From a virus, in IMG/VR virus record IMGVR_UViG_3300009181_000044, positions 34,858-98,857 of that record: a stretch of DNA of 64,000 nt; one strand, given 5' to 3'. Both the position numbers and the translations under genes were made by a program. Below the pieces are notes generated by a model. That model was given only the letters and a program-made list of their open reading frames with translations, was not told where the DNA came from and searched no databases. This document shows, piece after piece, positions 63,013 to 64,000 of the stretch. Each line of letters starts with the position of its first letter. The first letter of the stretch is position 1.

Positions 63013-63161
63013 ATGTGATTGCTATACTTGTGTATAACTTTTTGTTAGTTGCTGGTACTGCATACCTTGTGGTTGAGCACAACTGGTCCATGTGGACTTT
63101 TTTACTAACCCTTGCGTTCTTTATGATCAATAGGACTAAGACTAAAAAGGATGAAGAATGA
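63009..63161 (+). CDS. Small two-TM protein (50 aa)
   Basis: ATGA overlaps; hydrophobic. Confidence 0.5.
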   Translation: MNVIAILVYNFLLVAGTAYLVVEHNWSMWTFLLTLAFFMINRTKTKKDEE

Positions 63162-63293
63162 CTGAAACTAAAAAAGAAATAGATTGTCCTAGTTGTGCTG
63201 GTAACTGGTTCACGGATTTGGACGAAAGTGGTATACCTTATACTTGTTTTCACTGCTGTAACGGCACACTGCCATGCTATGAAGGAGAAGAGT

Positions 63294-63491
63294 GTGAATA
63301 AGCGACTTCAAGAACTAGCGACTACGGCAGGTATTAGCATAGAATACCTAACAAACACCAAGCAAATCACAACACTAGAAAAGTTTGCCGAATTGATTAT
63401 CCTAGAAGCTGCTGACATTGCAACCGTAAACCAACATCAGTGGCATTGCCCGGGTACATATATCAAACAGCATTTTGGAATTGAACCATGA
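63294..63491 (+). CDS. Hypothetical protein
   Basis: 'NKRLQELA...LEKFAELII..A...IKQHFGIE' pattern. Confidence 0.55.
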   Translation: MNKRLQELATTAGISIEYLTNTKQITTLEKFAELIILEAADIATVNQHQWHCPGTYIKQHFGIEP

Positions 63492-63615
63492 AAACATATG
63501 CTAGAGACGTGACCGTCAGCGTAACTAATAAGTTTACTTTATGGGAAGCACTTTTTATAAAAGAACTTATTGTGGCAATCCTTGAAGGCAGAAAAGTAAC
63601 TGTAGAGCCCAGAAA

Positions 63616-63816
63616 ATGAACAACTACCAAGAAACCATTCACCAAACACAACAAGTGTTTGCAAAGTATCACAAAGCACCAGCCGGTGAGCAGCTGGCCG
63701 ATGACTACTGGCTGCTACACAAATGGCTAAATGAGGCTCAAACTCAGCCTGTCAACCGCCCAGCCTTAGCCAGAGTACTGTGGTATATTCAACAAAATCT
63801 CCCAAATGATCACTAA
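63616..63816 (+). CDS. Hypothetical protein
   Basis: ORF. Confidence 0.45.
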   Translation: MNNYQETIHQTQQVFAKYHKAPAGEQLADDYWLLHKWLNEAQTQPVNRPALARVLWYIQQNLPNDH

Positions 63817-64000
63817 ACATAATAGCTACTATGGTGTTACTAAGACCAGGACTAATGCTTCATGGAACACAGAGTACTACCACGAAGTCATACAACACGC
63901 CATTTGGTACTGTGCAAACTGTAAGCAGTACATTACTGACCCTAAACTAGCGCAAACTCATGACCACCATACCCAGACCACTACCGCCACCGCCACCGCC

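Noticed and set aside
1-64000. CRISPR array, DGR, retron or integrase
   Set aside because: No regularly spaced repeats, reverse transcriptase or recombinase ORF seen; fibre repeats do not show obvious adenine-specific variation
63978-64000. (CCACCG)n microsatellite at the window end
   Set aside because: Probably poly-Pro codons of a truncated ORF starting at 63960

Overview
A 64 kb segment of a lytic, T5-like (Demerecviridae-like gene order) tailed phage genome, AT-rich and probably infecting a Gram-negative (proteobacterial) aquatic host. Positions 1-21.6 kb (+) hold an unusually large tail-tip and fibre region with many fibre/RBP-like genes and small chaperones. Positions 21.6-25.9 kb (+) hold spanins, a GH19 endolysin, membrane proteins and PhoH. 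Positions 26-46.8 kb (-) hold the T5-type replication block: NrdJ, dUTPase, D15, D14, D13/D12, D11, D10, PolA, primase, helicase, D5, split NAD ligase and D3. Positions 46.9-55.8 kb (-) hold an RNA-gene island with 25 tRNAs (every amino acid except Glu), a circularly permuted two-piece tmRNA (tag ANDSQFALAA), a ClpP-like protease, an OMP-like protein, UvsE and several unexplained structured RNAs. From 57.3 kb (+) come small early-type genes, SleB and ThyX. The most novel-looking signal is in the tRNA island. A recurring cassette places a long closing stem at the CCA of one tRNA, usually ending at the 5' GG of the next, with different cargo RNAs inside; the tmRNA intervening segment uses the same architecture. 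The island also has two CCA-ended mini-RNAs, an 8/4-type tRNA-Ser, and three ORFs whose stop codons lie inside tRNAs. All calls are by eye; no database searches were run.
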